Assembly: GCA_963664705.1 (NCBI GenBank)
Contig: OY761556.1
Span: 5,120,001 to 5,184,000 of the forward strand
Direction: 5' to 3'
Origin: Acidobacteriota bacterium
Lineage (GTDB): Bacteria; Acidobacteriota; UBA6911
DNA length: 64,000 nucleotides
Position 1 is the first letter of the stretch. Each line of letters opens with the position of its first letter. The position numbers were made by a program, and so were the translations under genes. Positions 19,200 through 28,530 of this stretch are shown one piece after another. Under the pieces are notes generated by a model. That model ran no database searches, was not told the origin of the DNA, and saw only the letters and a list, made by a program, of their open reading frames with translations.

Positions 19200-19228
19200 T
19201 TAACAATATTTTTTCACTATGGCATTCT
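19200..19228 (+). promoter_or_regulatory. Putative repressor-gene promoter
   Basis: TTAACA, 17 bp, TGn-CATTCT; ATG 7 nt downstream. Confidence 0.5.
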
Positions 19229-19234
19229 TCGAGC

Positions 19235-19696
19235 ATGGAACATCCGGGAGAAGTGACAAAGTTGTGGAGAGAACGCAAAAAATGGAGCATTCAAAAGCTC
19301 GCGTCACATTCCAAGATAGATAAAGGAACCATCAGCAGATTTGAAAATGGCGGAGATTACAGACAGCGAGTGTTGAGGGAAATTTGCAGAGCTCTTCACC
19401 GTGAAATTCGAGAAGTGTATTTAATCCTGTCAGAAGGTGCCGAGCCCTCTAATGAAGCGGACCCGGCCGGAGTTCTGTGTTCAGATAACAAGCATAGGAA
19501 ATTGCAGGAAATGCTTGGTCAGATACTCGAAAGCAAAACGGAATGGGCAAGACTGATTAGTGGAAATGTCATCAGTCTTCACAGCAGTTGCTTCAATGTA
19601 AAACCCGACCTCTCTTTAGTGGTGGGTGGCGAACCTCAGAATCTTTCCGGGTCCTCGAAGCCCGGCATTGTTGTCCTTCCGGACACCAAGAAATAG
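19235..19696 (+). CDS. CI-like XRE repressor (no S24 peptidase domain)
   Basis: 'WSIQKLASHSKIDKGTISRFENG' HTH; divergent from cro. Confidence 0.85.
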   Translation: MEHPGEVTKLWRERKKWSIQKLASHSKIDKGTISRFENGGDYRQRVLREICRALHREIREVYLILSEGAEPSNEADPAGVLCSDNKHRKLQEMLGQILESKTEWARLISGNVISLHSSCFNVKPDLSLVVGGEPQNLSGSSKPGIVVLPDTKK

Positions 19697-20007
19697 CCCT
19701 CCCGGGTGAGGCACAACATTTTTTTCTGACTGCAGATAGTACGTATTGCATAAAGGACAGAATCTGACTCCTTTGCGGACGTATAGCAGCGCCTGCTTAT
19801 CACAGGTTGGAATGCAGTGCATAAGCGGTCTCCATGAGCAGGATTTGGCCGAGCGAGGGGAACGCTCCTGTCTTTCAAGAACGCAATTTGCCCAAAATCG
19901 TCTACCGCACATTAGGATTTTCTAAAATATTTTCATTTTTCCAGTAGGCGATCAGACTTATTTTGCGTTCTTGGGTAATAAAGCAACCTTTTACCCAGGA
20001 GACTATA

Positions 20008-20844
20008 ATGAAAAATCCATTTGCCTTATTGCTGCTATGTTTTTCGCTGCCAGCCCTGGCGGAAACTGGAACTATTCAATGCGATCCAGACCAAACCAGT
20101 ATTCCCGCCTGGACCGCGCCAGGAAGGGCTTTCGTGGTTGAACAACTGAAGTGTGGCCAAATGGTAAGCGTATCCGGCCTCGAGCGAGGGTATATCAGGA
20201 TACAAATAGGTGAGAAAATCGCCTATGTTGACGCGAAATATGTTCGTATGCAGCAAGAGACAGGCCTTCAAGACAGGCGCATCACAGAATTGGAAGACAG
20301 GATTGAACAATTGCAAAAGAGCACCAGCTCTTCCGTTCGGAAATCAGGATCTGAGCGGCTCTACGGTTCATCCGAATACCGACGACTCGAAGTTTTCGGT
20401 GGCTATAGCTTCGTTCAGTTCACAAACGGAGGAGGAAACATTGACGGATGGAATGCTTCGTTCACCGGTAACCCTCATCCAAATATCGGAATAAAGGCAG
20501 AGGTTGCAGGACTGTATGGACGCGATAGGGTTTTGAGCAATTTCAAATATCGCGGCTATTCATTCATGGCCGGACCAACTGTTACCACCAGAAATCTTCC
20601 CGTGGGAGTCTATTGCCACGCACTCTTTGGCGTTCAATACCTAAGGAACACCGTTACCACCTATGGAATGGATTTTTCTGGCAGTGTAAATGCGCTTTCA
20701 ATGGCTTTTGGATCAGGAATAGATTGGAAGCCAAAATCGCGAGTGGGAATTCGCTTGCCTCAAATTGAATATCTTCTATGGCACAAGCAAGGAGAATGGG
20801 CTCATAACGTTAGGCTTTCTGGAGGAGTTATCTTTCGATTCTAG
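20008..20844 (+). CDS. Secreted SH3-like plus outer-membrane beta-barrel protein (moron)
   Basis: Signal peptide, 'IAYVDAKYV' SH3b-like, LEVFGGYSF… terminal 'GVIFRF'. Confidence 0.75.
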   Translation: MKNPFALLLLCFSLPALAETGTIQCDPDQTSIPAWTAPGRAFVVEQLKCGQMVSVSGLERGYIRIQIGEKIAYVDAKYVRMQQETGLQDRRITELEDRIEQLQKSTSSSVRKSGSERLYGSSEYRRLEVFGGYSFVQFTNGGGNIDGWNASFTGNPHPNIGIKAEVAGLYGRDRVLSNFKYRGYSFMAGPTVTTRNLPVGVYCHALFGVQYLRNTVTTYGMDFSGSVNALSMAFGSGIDWKPKSRVGIRLPQIEYLLWHKQGEWAHNVRLSGGVIFRF

Positions 20845-20865
20845 CTAAATATTTGGGGTGTAAAC

Positions 20866-21081
20866 ATGAATCCAAATGGATTGGATACCCTTGCCGCCCT
20901 CGAGGGCATCCGGACTCAGCAGGAGAACCTGGTGGAGGCGATCGCGACACTCTCGCGCCTGGTGGACCAGGTGCCGGCCGGGCAGCTCCGAGACAAAATG
21001 CGCGACTCTGTCCGGGATCTGAGCGCGATCGCGGACGCGATCAAGAGGGCAAGGGAAGGACTGTTGTCACCGCGGGAATAG
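20866..21081 (+). CDS. Small helical hypothetical protein
   Basis: GGGGTG RBS; amphipathic helices. Confidence 0.55.
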   Translation: MNPNGLDTLAALEGIRTQQENLVEAIATLSRLVDQVPAGQLRDKMRDSVRDLSAIADAIKRAREGLLSPRE

Positions 21082-21390
21082 ATCGCTCTCATTAACTCCA
21101 AAATGCTCACACAACCTCTTACGGATTACGGGTCCGGCGCCGTGCTTGTAGATGTGGCCAAGACTGTTTCGATTGATTCCGCATAACTCCAGGGACAGCA
21201 CGATGCCCTTACTGCCACTCAGCCGCTTGAGTGCAGCGCGGTCGATTGCTTTGCTGCGGCTTGGGATTTTCGGGAGGGTCGGGAGATGGTGTAGGCGCAG
21301 ATTCTCATTGATTGTGCAACAGAGACGGCAGTAGCGGTCACCCCGTGGCCTGGTTCTCATAAACCTATCAGGATGACCGCGACGGCACAT
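21067..21390 (-). CDS. Phage protein with CxxGH…RYCRLC motif
   Basis: Zinc motif seen on HNH-associated domains; last late-strand ORF. Confidence 0.55.
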   Translation of the reverse strand: MCRRGHPDRFMRTRPRGDRYCRLCCTINENLRLHHLPTLPKIPSRSKAIDRAALKRLSGSKGIVLSLELCGINRNSLGHIYKHGAGPVIRKRLCEHFGVNESDLFPR

Positions 21391-21743
21391 CAGCGGTTGA
21401 CGGTTGCGCTCACGTCGACGTTTATTACAATTCGTAGATTGACGGGACTCTTCGGAGCTGTAGCTACTGAATTTGAATCAGCACTCTCGGCCTTCCCGTC
21501 CGTTGATCTCACAATGTAAACATGGCGTCCCGCCGTTACCCCGCTGATCGTCATTTGCGTGATATCGCCGGACACTTCTCCGACTTTGACATATGCTCCA
21601 GTCGTTGATATTTCATAGCATCGGACCGCTGTCCATGCCTCTCCCACAGGCTTGGCGTCCCATTCCAAAACCACCGATGATGTCTGCGCGATGCAGGGTA
21701 AGGTGACAAGGAAAAGCAGTAAGGCAAAGATGATAGTTCTCAT
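21390..21743 (-). CDS. Secreted fibronectin type III-like protein
   Basis: Signal peptide; 'VVLEWDA…YIVRS…ESADSNSV…PKSPVNLRI'. Confidence 0.7.
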   Translation of the reverse strand: MRTIIFALLLFLVTLPCIAQTSSVVLEWDAKPVGEAWTAVRCYEISTTGAYVKVGEVSGDITQMTISGVTAGRHVYIVRSTDGKAESADSNSVATAPKSPVNLRIVINVDVSATVNR

Positions 21744-22450
21744 GCAATCCTCCTTGTGTTTATTTTTTCTATCTCTTTCGTTTTTCCCTTCAGCTGATAG
21801 TAGTCGGGACCCCACAATCCAAGCTCTGCCATGGACTGCGGCGTCTGATCGCTTGTGTTGAAATTGAGCGGGAGCACTCCACCCGCCTTCAGCATAGCCG
21901 GTCCGAATTCGCTGCAGATGAAAGCGTCCCAGTCCTCCCTCGAGGGAATAAGCCCGAGCGGGTCAAAGAGATCATGCGCGATCAAAACCTTGTCGTAAGG
22001 TATTCCAACGCACTTCAGGCCGAACTGGGTATATTTCTGCAGGTCCAGCGCGGCCTGCCTGGCGTACTCCAGAGGGTGATAGTAGACGGACCCATGATAG
22101 TCCTCTACGCGCTCACTCATCCAATGGCACTGCACCCCATCCATGCCGGTCATCATGGTTGACTCAATCAACACAACGCGATCACCCGGCCGGTCCTTGC
22201 GAGGCTTTGAAAGATAGGGTTTCTCTGTCCGCGGGCTGATGTGAGTGACAAGCCACTCCGACAGCTCGGCGCTGACCGTAAGGATCTGAGCCCAGTGCGA
22301 TAGCCTCGACCACTCCCAGAATTTCAGAAAGTTCGGCCGTGACCAAGCCTTGATGACCGTCGAAACGAATCCGCCGGCGCCCATAGACACACCGCCGCCA
22401 GGACGCATCATCATTCGCGCCGTTTCATAGCTGATTGGCTGCAGCATCAC
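21740..22450 (-). CDS. Permuted papain-like (NlpC/P60-type) protein
   Basis: N-terminal SHW, G-PYD, C-terminal FICSE…TP. Confidence 0.6.
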   Translation of the reverse strand: MMLQPISYETARMMMRPGGGVSMGAGGFVSTVIKAWSRPNFLKFWEWSRLSHWAQILTVSAELSEWLVTHISPRTEKPYLSKPRKDRPGDRVVLIESTMMTGMDGVQCHWMSERVEDYHGSVYYHPLEYARQAALDLQKYTQFGLKCVGIPYDKVLIAHDLFDPLGLIPSREDWDAFICSEFGPAMLKAGGVLPLNFNTSDQTPQSMAELGLWGPDYYQLKGKTKEIEKINTRRIA

Positions 22451-22683
22451 TTAACCTCTTTGACGATGTAACGGTATCGGGTTTCCAACGCGCTCGATTG
22501 CGTGGTTTGGATGAAGCGGGCCTTGACCTTGTAGGACTTGAATTCCCTGTCGCGGGTTTGCCTCACGCTTATGGTATCTCCGACGACAGGAGCTGTTTGC
22601 AAGGTCTGATCAAATAGAGCCTGCTTCGTAAAGTCGCCGTCTGCGTAGAAAAAGCACTGCGATAGGTATTCAGGGTTTAACAT
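22447..22683 (-). CDS. Hypothetical protein
   Basis: Coupled ORF in lysis region. Confidence 0.55.
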   Translation of the reverse strand: MLNPEYLSQCFFYADGDFTKQALFDQTLQTAPVVGDTISVRQTRDREFKSYKVKARFIQTTQSSALETRYRYIVKEVK

Positions 22684-22891
22684 TCTGGTCCGCCTTTGCT
22701 GGCAATGGCGACTGTTTGAGATATGCCGCAACTGCGATTGCAGCCCCGATGCCCGATACCGCCCCGATGCGCTTACCTACGGCGGGACCGGAATAGATTG
22801 ATGGATCTGCGGCCAGTACGGTGGCGTTTGCGGCCGCACCGCCGAGAGCAGCCGCAAATAAACCTTTAAGCCATGTTCCAAAGTCTTTCAT
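22670..22891 (-). CDS. Putative holin (2 TM)
   Basis: WLKGLFAAALGGAA…AYLKQSPLP next to endolysin. Confidence 0.65.
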   Translation of the reverse strand: MKDFGTWLKGLFAAALGGAAANATVLAADPSIYSGPAVGKRIGAVSGIGAAIAVAAYLKQSPLPAKADQNVKP

Positions 22892-23295
22892 GATTTCTCC
22901 TTTGTGATTATTATCGAAATCGGTATCTCTGCTTTGTGTGCTACCTGCAATTTGGCAAATAGTAAATCGTATGCCTGCCGCGAGCCGTCAATCCGGTTGA
23001 TCCCGCGAGTCCGACCCACAAGCAGACACCCAGCCGTATCCTTGTCGGTGTTTCCGCAATGGATCCGGATTCCAGTGAATCCTGGCACGTCGCACAGCAG
23101 GGGCATTTCGCGTTTAAAACGGGGGCTGTAGGTGATATCTATTCGGTAGGTGCCATAAGGTATGGCTGTCTCGTTGGCGATCTTCTCGGGGCGGATTACG
23201 TCTTCAAGGACAAAACATTCCCTAGTGTCGTCAACGTACAGCTCCCCGATAGTGCATCGATCTGAAAACCATTTGCGGACGAGATGGAGGATCAT
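22888..23295 (-). CDS. DUF5675 family endolysin (L,D-peptidase-like)
   Basis: TIGEL…LED…TAIPYGTY…SPRF…GIRIHCGN…DTAGCLLVG. Confidence 0.9.
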   Translation of the reverse strand: MILHLVRKWFSDRCTIGELYVDDTRECFVLEDVIRPEKIANETAIPYGTYRIDITYSPRFKREMPLLCDVPGFTGIRIHCGNTDKDTAGCLLVGRTRGINRIDGSRQAYDLLFAKLQVAHKAEIPISIIITKEKS

Positions 23296-23513
23296 TTCCC
23301 CTTCGCTCCCGGCACCACCACATTTCCGGTCTTAAGCATGTGGCACTGATCGTTGCTACAGGTGATCTCGTGATAGTGGTCATAAATCCTGGACCACAGA
23401 TCTTTGATATCGCCTCTGATCCCGTTCAGGATCATTAGGATCAAACCTTGCAGTATGCCAATGAATACCCCAGATACAGCTACGACGATTGTGAGCGTGT
23501 TTGTGTGCTCCAT
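23292..23513 (-). CDS. Single-TM holin-like protein
   Basis: N-terminal TM; directly upstream of endolysin. Confidence 0.55.
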   Translation of the reverse strand: MEHTNTLTIVVAVSGVFIGILQGLILMILNGIRGDIKDLWSRIYDHYHEITCSNDQCHMLKTGNVVVPGAKGK

Positions 23514-23527
23514 TGGTTTGACTCCAT

Positions 23528-23555
23528 AAAACAAAAAACCCGCCGAAGCGGGTTT
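23528..23555 (-). terminator. Rho-independent terminator between tail and lysis genes
   Basis: AAACCCGC-TTCG-GCGGGTTT followed by T tract. Confidence 0.8.
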
Positions 23556-23564
23556 GAGGTTAGA

Positions 23565-23720
23565 TCACGATTCACTCAGGAATCGTAAGAAGAAAGGCCA
23601 GAAGTCGTCATCGGGTTCGCGGTGATCAATTACCAGATACTCAATTACTTTGGAAACTGATACAGGGTAAGTATCAATGACGAGATACTCGACCACTTTG
23701 GAAACCTGCTGCTCTGCCAT
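23565..23720 (-). CDS. 51-aa protein with duplicated VSKV(V/I)EYLVID motif
   Basis: Manual translation; TGATG overlap with upstream stop; GAGG RBS. Confidence 0.7.
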   Translation of the reverse strand: MAEQQVSKVVEYLVIDTYPVSVSKVIEYLVIDHREPDDDFWPFFLRFLSES

Positions 23721-24682
23721 CAGGCAACGGCCTCGAGGGATATCTGACTATTGCCTGCATCGGCTTTGCTTTGCAGGGTTGTGATCAATCTTTCGTGTGT
23801 TGCCCAGGAAGTGCCAAGAACCTGGCCGGCATCCATATCATAGGCGCCACCCGAAATCTTATCCCCTAGTTTCAGCCGCGTGACAGTGGATGATGCCGAC
23901 CGCTGTGCCCTGGCTTCCACCTTTCTCGCTGCGATCACATAGTCGCCCGAGGGCAGCGCGGGCCCAGAAAACTGCACCTCGCTGTCCGCAGCGGTGGCAT
24001 AAATGTAGTCGGAATCGCTCAGGGTAATTTCATCGACGTCGGCATAGGTCCCTGTCAGTTCATTTGCATCGCCAGCTCCGGCAGGATACCGCGTGTGGAG
24101 TCCAATTATTCCGCGCGGATCGCCGTCGGCCACAATGAATTCCGACAATCGATTGGTAAACGTGATCCCATCATCCCCACTCACCATTGCGCAGTCCATG
24201 TTCGTCATTGTGCCAACGCGGATATCCCCCGTGTAAGTGCAAACAGGATCAGGATTACTGTCATAGTAGAGGTTTACGGTGGCGGTAGCTCCGTAATCGA
24301 TGACCTGGAGTGCGAATTTGTGAATTCCATTCGTGATTGAGATAGACGCTGACGCCAAAACGGTCGTGGTTGAACCAGTATGCTTTGAGATTGAAATGTG
24401 AGTGCTGTCGTTAAAGTGCACCCATATTCCTGCTCCTTGTGCCTGAGCACGATTACCCAGGCCAGCCAGGAGGCAATAATCCGAGTAGTTGAAATAACTG
24501 TAAAATGATAGCCACACGCTCGTGACAGCTCCGCCAACAAATGACTTGGAACTCGCAGTCCCGTTACTCGGGCAGCAAATAGCACATCTGGCATATCCCG
24601 AGCGAAACTGTCCCGCCTCTGACTTAACAGACGATCCGTAGGGAAAGCTGATATCCTCTCCGCCGCACCATAGGATGTTCAT
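23720..24682 (-). CDS. Virion protein, lectin/concanavalin-like beta sandwich (putative receptor binding)
   Basis: Beta-rich; follows tail tip protein. Confidence 0.6.
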   Translation of the reverse strand: MNILWCGGEDISFPYGSSVKSEAGQFRSGYARCAICCPSNGTASSKSFVGGAVTSVWLSFYSYFNYSDYCLLAGLGNRAQAQGAGIWVHFNDSTHISISKHTGSTTTVLASASISITNGIHKFALQVIDYGATATVNLYYDSNPDPVCTYTGDIRVGTMTNMDCAMVSGDDGITFTNRLSEFIVADGDPRGIIGLHTRYPAGAGDANELTGTYADVDEITLSDSDYIYATAADSEVQFSGPALPSGDYVIAARKVEARAQRSASSTVTRLKLGDKISGGAYDMDAGQVLGTSWATHERLITTLQSKADAGNSQISLEAVA

Positions 24683-27600
24683 GCGTCCTTGCTCCACCAG
24701 CAATCGAATTTGTCCGCGGAGGAATCGTACATACAGCCTAGGTAATCCCGGCCGCTTGCGGACCTGGTGAGCGTCGCTCCGCGCGAATTGAATTTCGTTC
24801 CAAGGGTAATATCCCCTGTTCCGGTAATTCGTATGAGAAAAGGCTTATGGTCCGTTGGGTTGGTGGGATTGTCGATCTCAACAGAACTACCACCGGTTGC
24901 GAGATGGAATGATTTTCCTAGGCTGCAGTCGATTGCTGCGTGGCCGGCCGAAGGAGTGACTGTAATGCAATTTGTTACCGCAACCGAGACCGCTTGAGTC
25001 ATTGCCTTCTGAGTCACCTTTGTGGGGGATAAATTCCCATCAGACCAAAGGGACCAGGCGCCATTGAACAGGCGAAAAGCGTAAAATATTATTCCATCCT
25101 CGGCGGCCGTTATCGTCTTCAACGCTCCAGCATACGTTGCAGCAAGTTCTTCGGTCGGATAAGTGGATTCATCGCTGAGATCAACATAATCAGGAAGCGT
25201 TGCTCCGCTTGCATAAAATTTGTATTTGAACTGCGCGAGCGTCACGTTGTCGTTATATTTCATCGCCCGGCAGGTCATGGTAACTGCCAGGCCGGTTGAC
25301 GAAAAACCACAACTCAATTCCTGGGGAGGTCCGCCAACCAGTGGGACGACTTCCGGTGGCCCTGGGATCGGGGCTTCATCTGGGGGGGTATATCCAGCCG
25401 TCAGATCATACATTGAATCTACACACGTCTGACCCGAGAGCGTGATTGAGTAATCTTTATTGAGTTTCCACGAACTGATTCTGAATCCGCTGATCGTGGA
25501 CGTCCCGACTCCGTATGTGACTCCAGCCTGAGAGTAGTTATAGAACCCGAACTTTCCCGAGGTCCAAGTTGTGTCGCTGATCACCAGGGTGGCAACTACG
25601 GTTTCCCCGTTTTCAATCTTTACCGTGAATCCATCTATACGGAGACTCAGCGTCCATTTGTACTTTATTCCTCCCGCCCAAGGAGTGGAGTCTGAAGCTA
25701 GAATTGTGACTCCGGATCCGCCGGCTGTAGGCCACAACTCGTTTGTGATTTCAGTTGCGACGGAAACCTTTTTAACGGTCATCCCCACATTGGCAGTGCC
25801 ATAATCGCCTACGCCAAAAACCCAGCCATTTTGAGTCGCTCTTCTCCAGTCGAAAAGATAGAAGTGTTTGCTGTCCTGATAGTTGATTGCGAAGCCGATA
25901 TAATCATCGTCGCCATCGGCATCGTTAACCATGAAGAACCCGGAGAGTTCGTTTTCATCTGCACCAGAAAACTCCTCCGCACCAAGGAGGATGCTTGGCT
26001 TCGCGTTATTGGATTGGGTGGCGATCTTCCCAGCTAAACCCCAATTCGGTTCATCCGATCCCGCGTCCGGGAATGCACTTTGAAACTTTACTTCCGGAAG
26101 CGAGAAGGTGATATCCAGTTCTCCTGGAGGAATGGGAATAGACGGCATATCGTCATGGATTATTCCGCAGACGGACCCCACTTTTGCATTTACCGCTAGA
26201 ACCGTCGTATCGAAAGTCAGGCGCCGCGCAGATGTTCTTTCACTTTGGCTTGTTCCTCCCAGCTCCTCTCTCAGCCTGGTTGTGATCACTCTGGCAGCCT
26301 GAGACTTTGCCGAGACTCCGCATAGATTCATTTGCGATTTTAAAAATAGGGGAGCTGTCGCGCCACCGATCTGCTTTGCGTGGTCAATGTCATAGATGAC
26401 AACACTGTTCGCGGAATAGTTAAAATCGGCGTCGCCGAAGTTTGCGGTCAGATGATTAAATGACGGACGCAGTGGGGCAATCTGCAGTGACTTAAAGAGG
26501 ATATTGCCTTCGGTGAATAGCTCGGTCACGATTGCATTTGACCTGATCCCCACCGCGAGCTTTTTGAAGTCGAACGTGAAGTATCCGATACAGTTCATCA
26601 GCACTTCTTGAATCCAGTCGCGAAGCGGCTTTTCTTCCTGCAATATGCCTTGGAACTTGAACTGAGTTTCAGCAGTGACCGCGCCCTCTTCCCATGATTC
26701 CGCTTCCGAATTCCACGTCGAAAGAGTGCGTGCTATGAGTGGAGGCACGGAGAGATTACAGGTGGCCGCAGAAGCCACAGCGAGTGAGACATTGAAGTAC
26801 TGTTCGCAGACAGAAGCAGAGGCATAACGCAACCCGCGCGCCTTGAGCATGATGTTAACGACGATCCATACAGGGTTTGTCAGGACGGACCAGGTGCGCG
26901 ATCCTGCTCCGGTCCATATCCAGCCATGCAGGCCAGTTGCGACCACGGCCTGCATTTCGTGGGAGCTGGAGTATGAGAGCTGCATCCCTTTGTCATCATG
27001 GCGCCTTATTTCTAGCGCTGCGAGTCCGGCTGCGAAATTGTCCTTAAAAATCTGTCCGGCATAAACTGCTTTTCTCCAGTCGGCGGTACTCGTCCCGTTT
27101 TCCGACAGACTGAAGAAATCGTGGTCTCCAGCCGGATCAGTCCCCAGTATCTCTCTCAGACCATCAGACCCCGGTTGACCATGATGGAATTGTCCGTCAA
27201 GCTTGTGCCCTGTTCCAAAGGTGATGGGCCCCTCTCCGACGATACCTAGTGCGGCGTAGAAATCAGATTCATCTCTACCGGCAGCTATCTTGCAATTGAC
27301 CAGGCGCCCGGTCTTCACGTTGCCATCGGCGTCTTTATACGTTTCATTGTTCGTGTAGATTTCAGGGACAACCTGGTCGTAAACGGAATCGTTCACGATT
27401 GAGGCTGCCGTCACTGTTGGTCTGCCAATACCCCATGTGCCTTGGGAGTTGTCCTTGATTCGGACTCCCTGTGGCTCGGAAAGGACGCCTCCAAAATAGT
27501 GCTTCATCCCGTGAGCAAGGCAGCCATTGAGTGAATCGTATCCCTTGTCGCATGTCCCCTCGTCAACCGATGGAAAGTTCGTCGTATCAAGCCCGGTACT

Positions 27601-28530
27601 CTCGGCAGTGTACGGGCAGCCGAGTGCGTCATCGAAACACTTCCAGCAGGTGCGGAGGATGCGGCGGCAGGGATAAGGCAGTGTGAGTTCGTACAATCCA
27701 TCAACCGCGGTGATCGTGAATTCCGGGCCTGCATCGAATTCCCAGTCCGATATTTCCCCTGCCCACAAGTCGAGCTTGATTCCAGTTCCAACATGGAAGA
27801 GGGAGAATTCCAGCGAGGCCCTTACGAGATCGGTATCGTTTGCAAGATTGCGCATTACCCGGTCAGCATTCCCTAGCGTGAATCTGGCCTCATCCGATTC
27901 ATTTCCAATCCCCTGCTCAATGCCATCCCAATCCAGGAGTCGGGCCTGGTACAGTTGGGTACCGACTGTGCATCTACGGTCTGATACGTAAATCGCGGGA
28001 TAGCCCGATTCCTTGGGTTGAATCTTTATGAGTGGAATTATTTCCTGCACCTGCGAGAGCAGAGCATTCTTCAGGCTAACCGATGGGAATCGCGTTTGGG
28101 TGGAGTTTAGCGCATACGTGGGGAATAACTGTGGAATCTCAATGAGCGTGATGCCCGTTGAACATATGGCATCCGTGAGAAATTCCAAGGATATTGGTTC
28201 ATCTGCAAAGCGACAGACAATCTCCTCGGTATCCGATCCATCCTCAAAGGGTGCATTATAGGTAAATGCACCAAAGGCACCGTAAACGCCTTCCCAAAAA
28301 GACACGAGAGCAAGCCTGTCCGTCTTGGTCAGGACTTGCTTTCGTACGATAAATGTTCGTGTCCCATTACCTAAAAGAAAGCGCTGTTCTGTCTTTGCGT
28401 CCGAAGTCCCGAATTGATGAATTGCTACGCTTGGAGCATGCGCGGAACCAAATCCCCAGTCGGACACGATGGGGAACACTCCGGAAGGAACAATTTCCGG
28501 AACTTCGATATTTCCTATGAAATCGCTCAT
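24679..28530 (-). CDS. Multidomain tail tip/hub protein with thrombospondin C-terminal-like domain
   Basis: DUF2460-like N-term, Cys cluster (C..C…CDK…C…FGG), GTA-like tail domain, DDDYIGF…YQ…FY..W…GKFGFYNYSQ. Confidence 0.8.
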   Translation of the reverse strand: MSDFIGNIEVPEIVPSGVFPIVSDWGFGSAHAPSVAIHQFGTSDAKTEQRFLLGNGTRTFIVRKQVLTKTDRLALVSFWEGVYGAFGAFTYNAPFEDGSDTEEIVCRFADEPISLEFLTDAICSTGITLIEIPQLFPTYALNSTQTRFPSVSLKNALLSQVQEIIPLIKIQPKESGYPAIYVSDRRCTVGTQLYQARLLDWDGIEQGIGNESDEARFTLGNADRVMRNLANDTDLVRASLEFSLFHVGTGIKLDLWAGEISDWEFDAGPEFTITAVDGLYELTLPYPCRRILRTCWKCFDDALGCPYTAESTGLDTTNFPSVDEGTCDKGYDSLNGCLAHGMKHYFGGVLSEPQGVRIKDNSQGTWGIGRPTVTAASIVNDSVYDQVVPEIYTNNETYKDADGNVKTGRLVNCKIAAGRDESDFYAALGIVGEGPITFGTGHKLDGQFHHGQPGSDGLREILGTDPAGDHDFFSLSENGTSTADWRKAVYAGQIFKDNFAAGLAALEIRRHDDKGMQLSYSSSHEMQAVVATGLHGWIWTGAGSRTWSVLTNPVWIVVNIMLKARGLRYASASVCEQYFNVSLAVASAATCNLSVPPLIARTLSTWNSEAESWEEGAVTAETQFKFQGILQEEKPLRDWIQEVLMNCIGYFTFDFKKLAVGIRSNAIVTELFTEGNILFKSLQIAPLRPSFNHLTANFGDADFNYSANSVVIYDIDHAKQIGGATAPLFLKSQMNLCGVSAKSQAARVITTRLREELGGTSQSERTSARRLTFDTTVLAVNAKVGSVCGIIHDDMPSIPIPPGELDITFSLPEVKFQSAFPDAGSDEPNWGLAGKIATQSNNAKPSILLGAEEFSGADENELSGFFMVNDADGDDDYIGFAINYQDSKHFYLFDWRRATQNGWVFGVGDYGTANVGMTVKKVSVATEITNELWPTAGGSGVTILASDSTPWAGGIKYKWTLSLRIDGFTVKIENGETVVATLVISDTTWTSGKFGFYNYSQAGVTYGVGTSTISGFRISSWKLNKDYSITLSGQTCVDSMYDLTAGYTPPDEAPIPGPPEVVPLVGGPPQELSCGFSSTGLAVTMTCRAMKYNDNVTLAQFKYKFYASGATLPDYVDLSDESTYPTEELAATYAGALKTITAAEDGIIFYAFRLFNGAWSLWSDGNLSPTKVTQKAMTQAVSVAVTNCITVTPSAGHAAIDCSLGKSFHLATGGSSVEIDNPTNPTDHKPFLIRITGTGDITLGTKFNSRGATLTRSASGRDYLGCMYDSSADKFDCWWSKDA

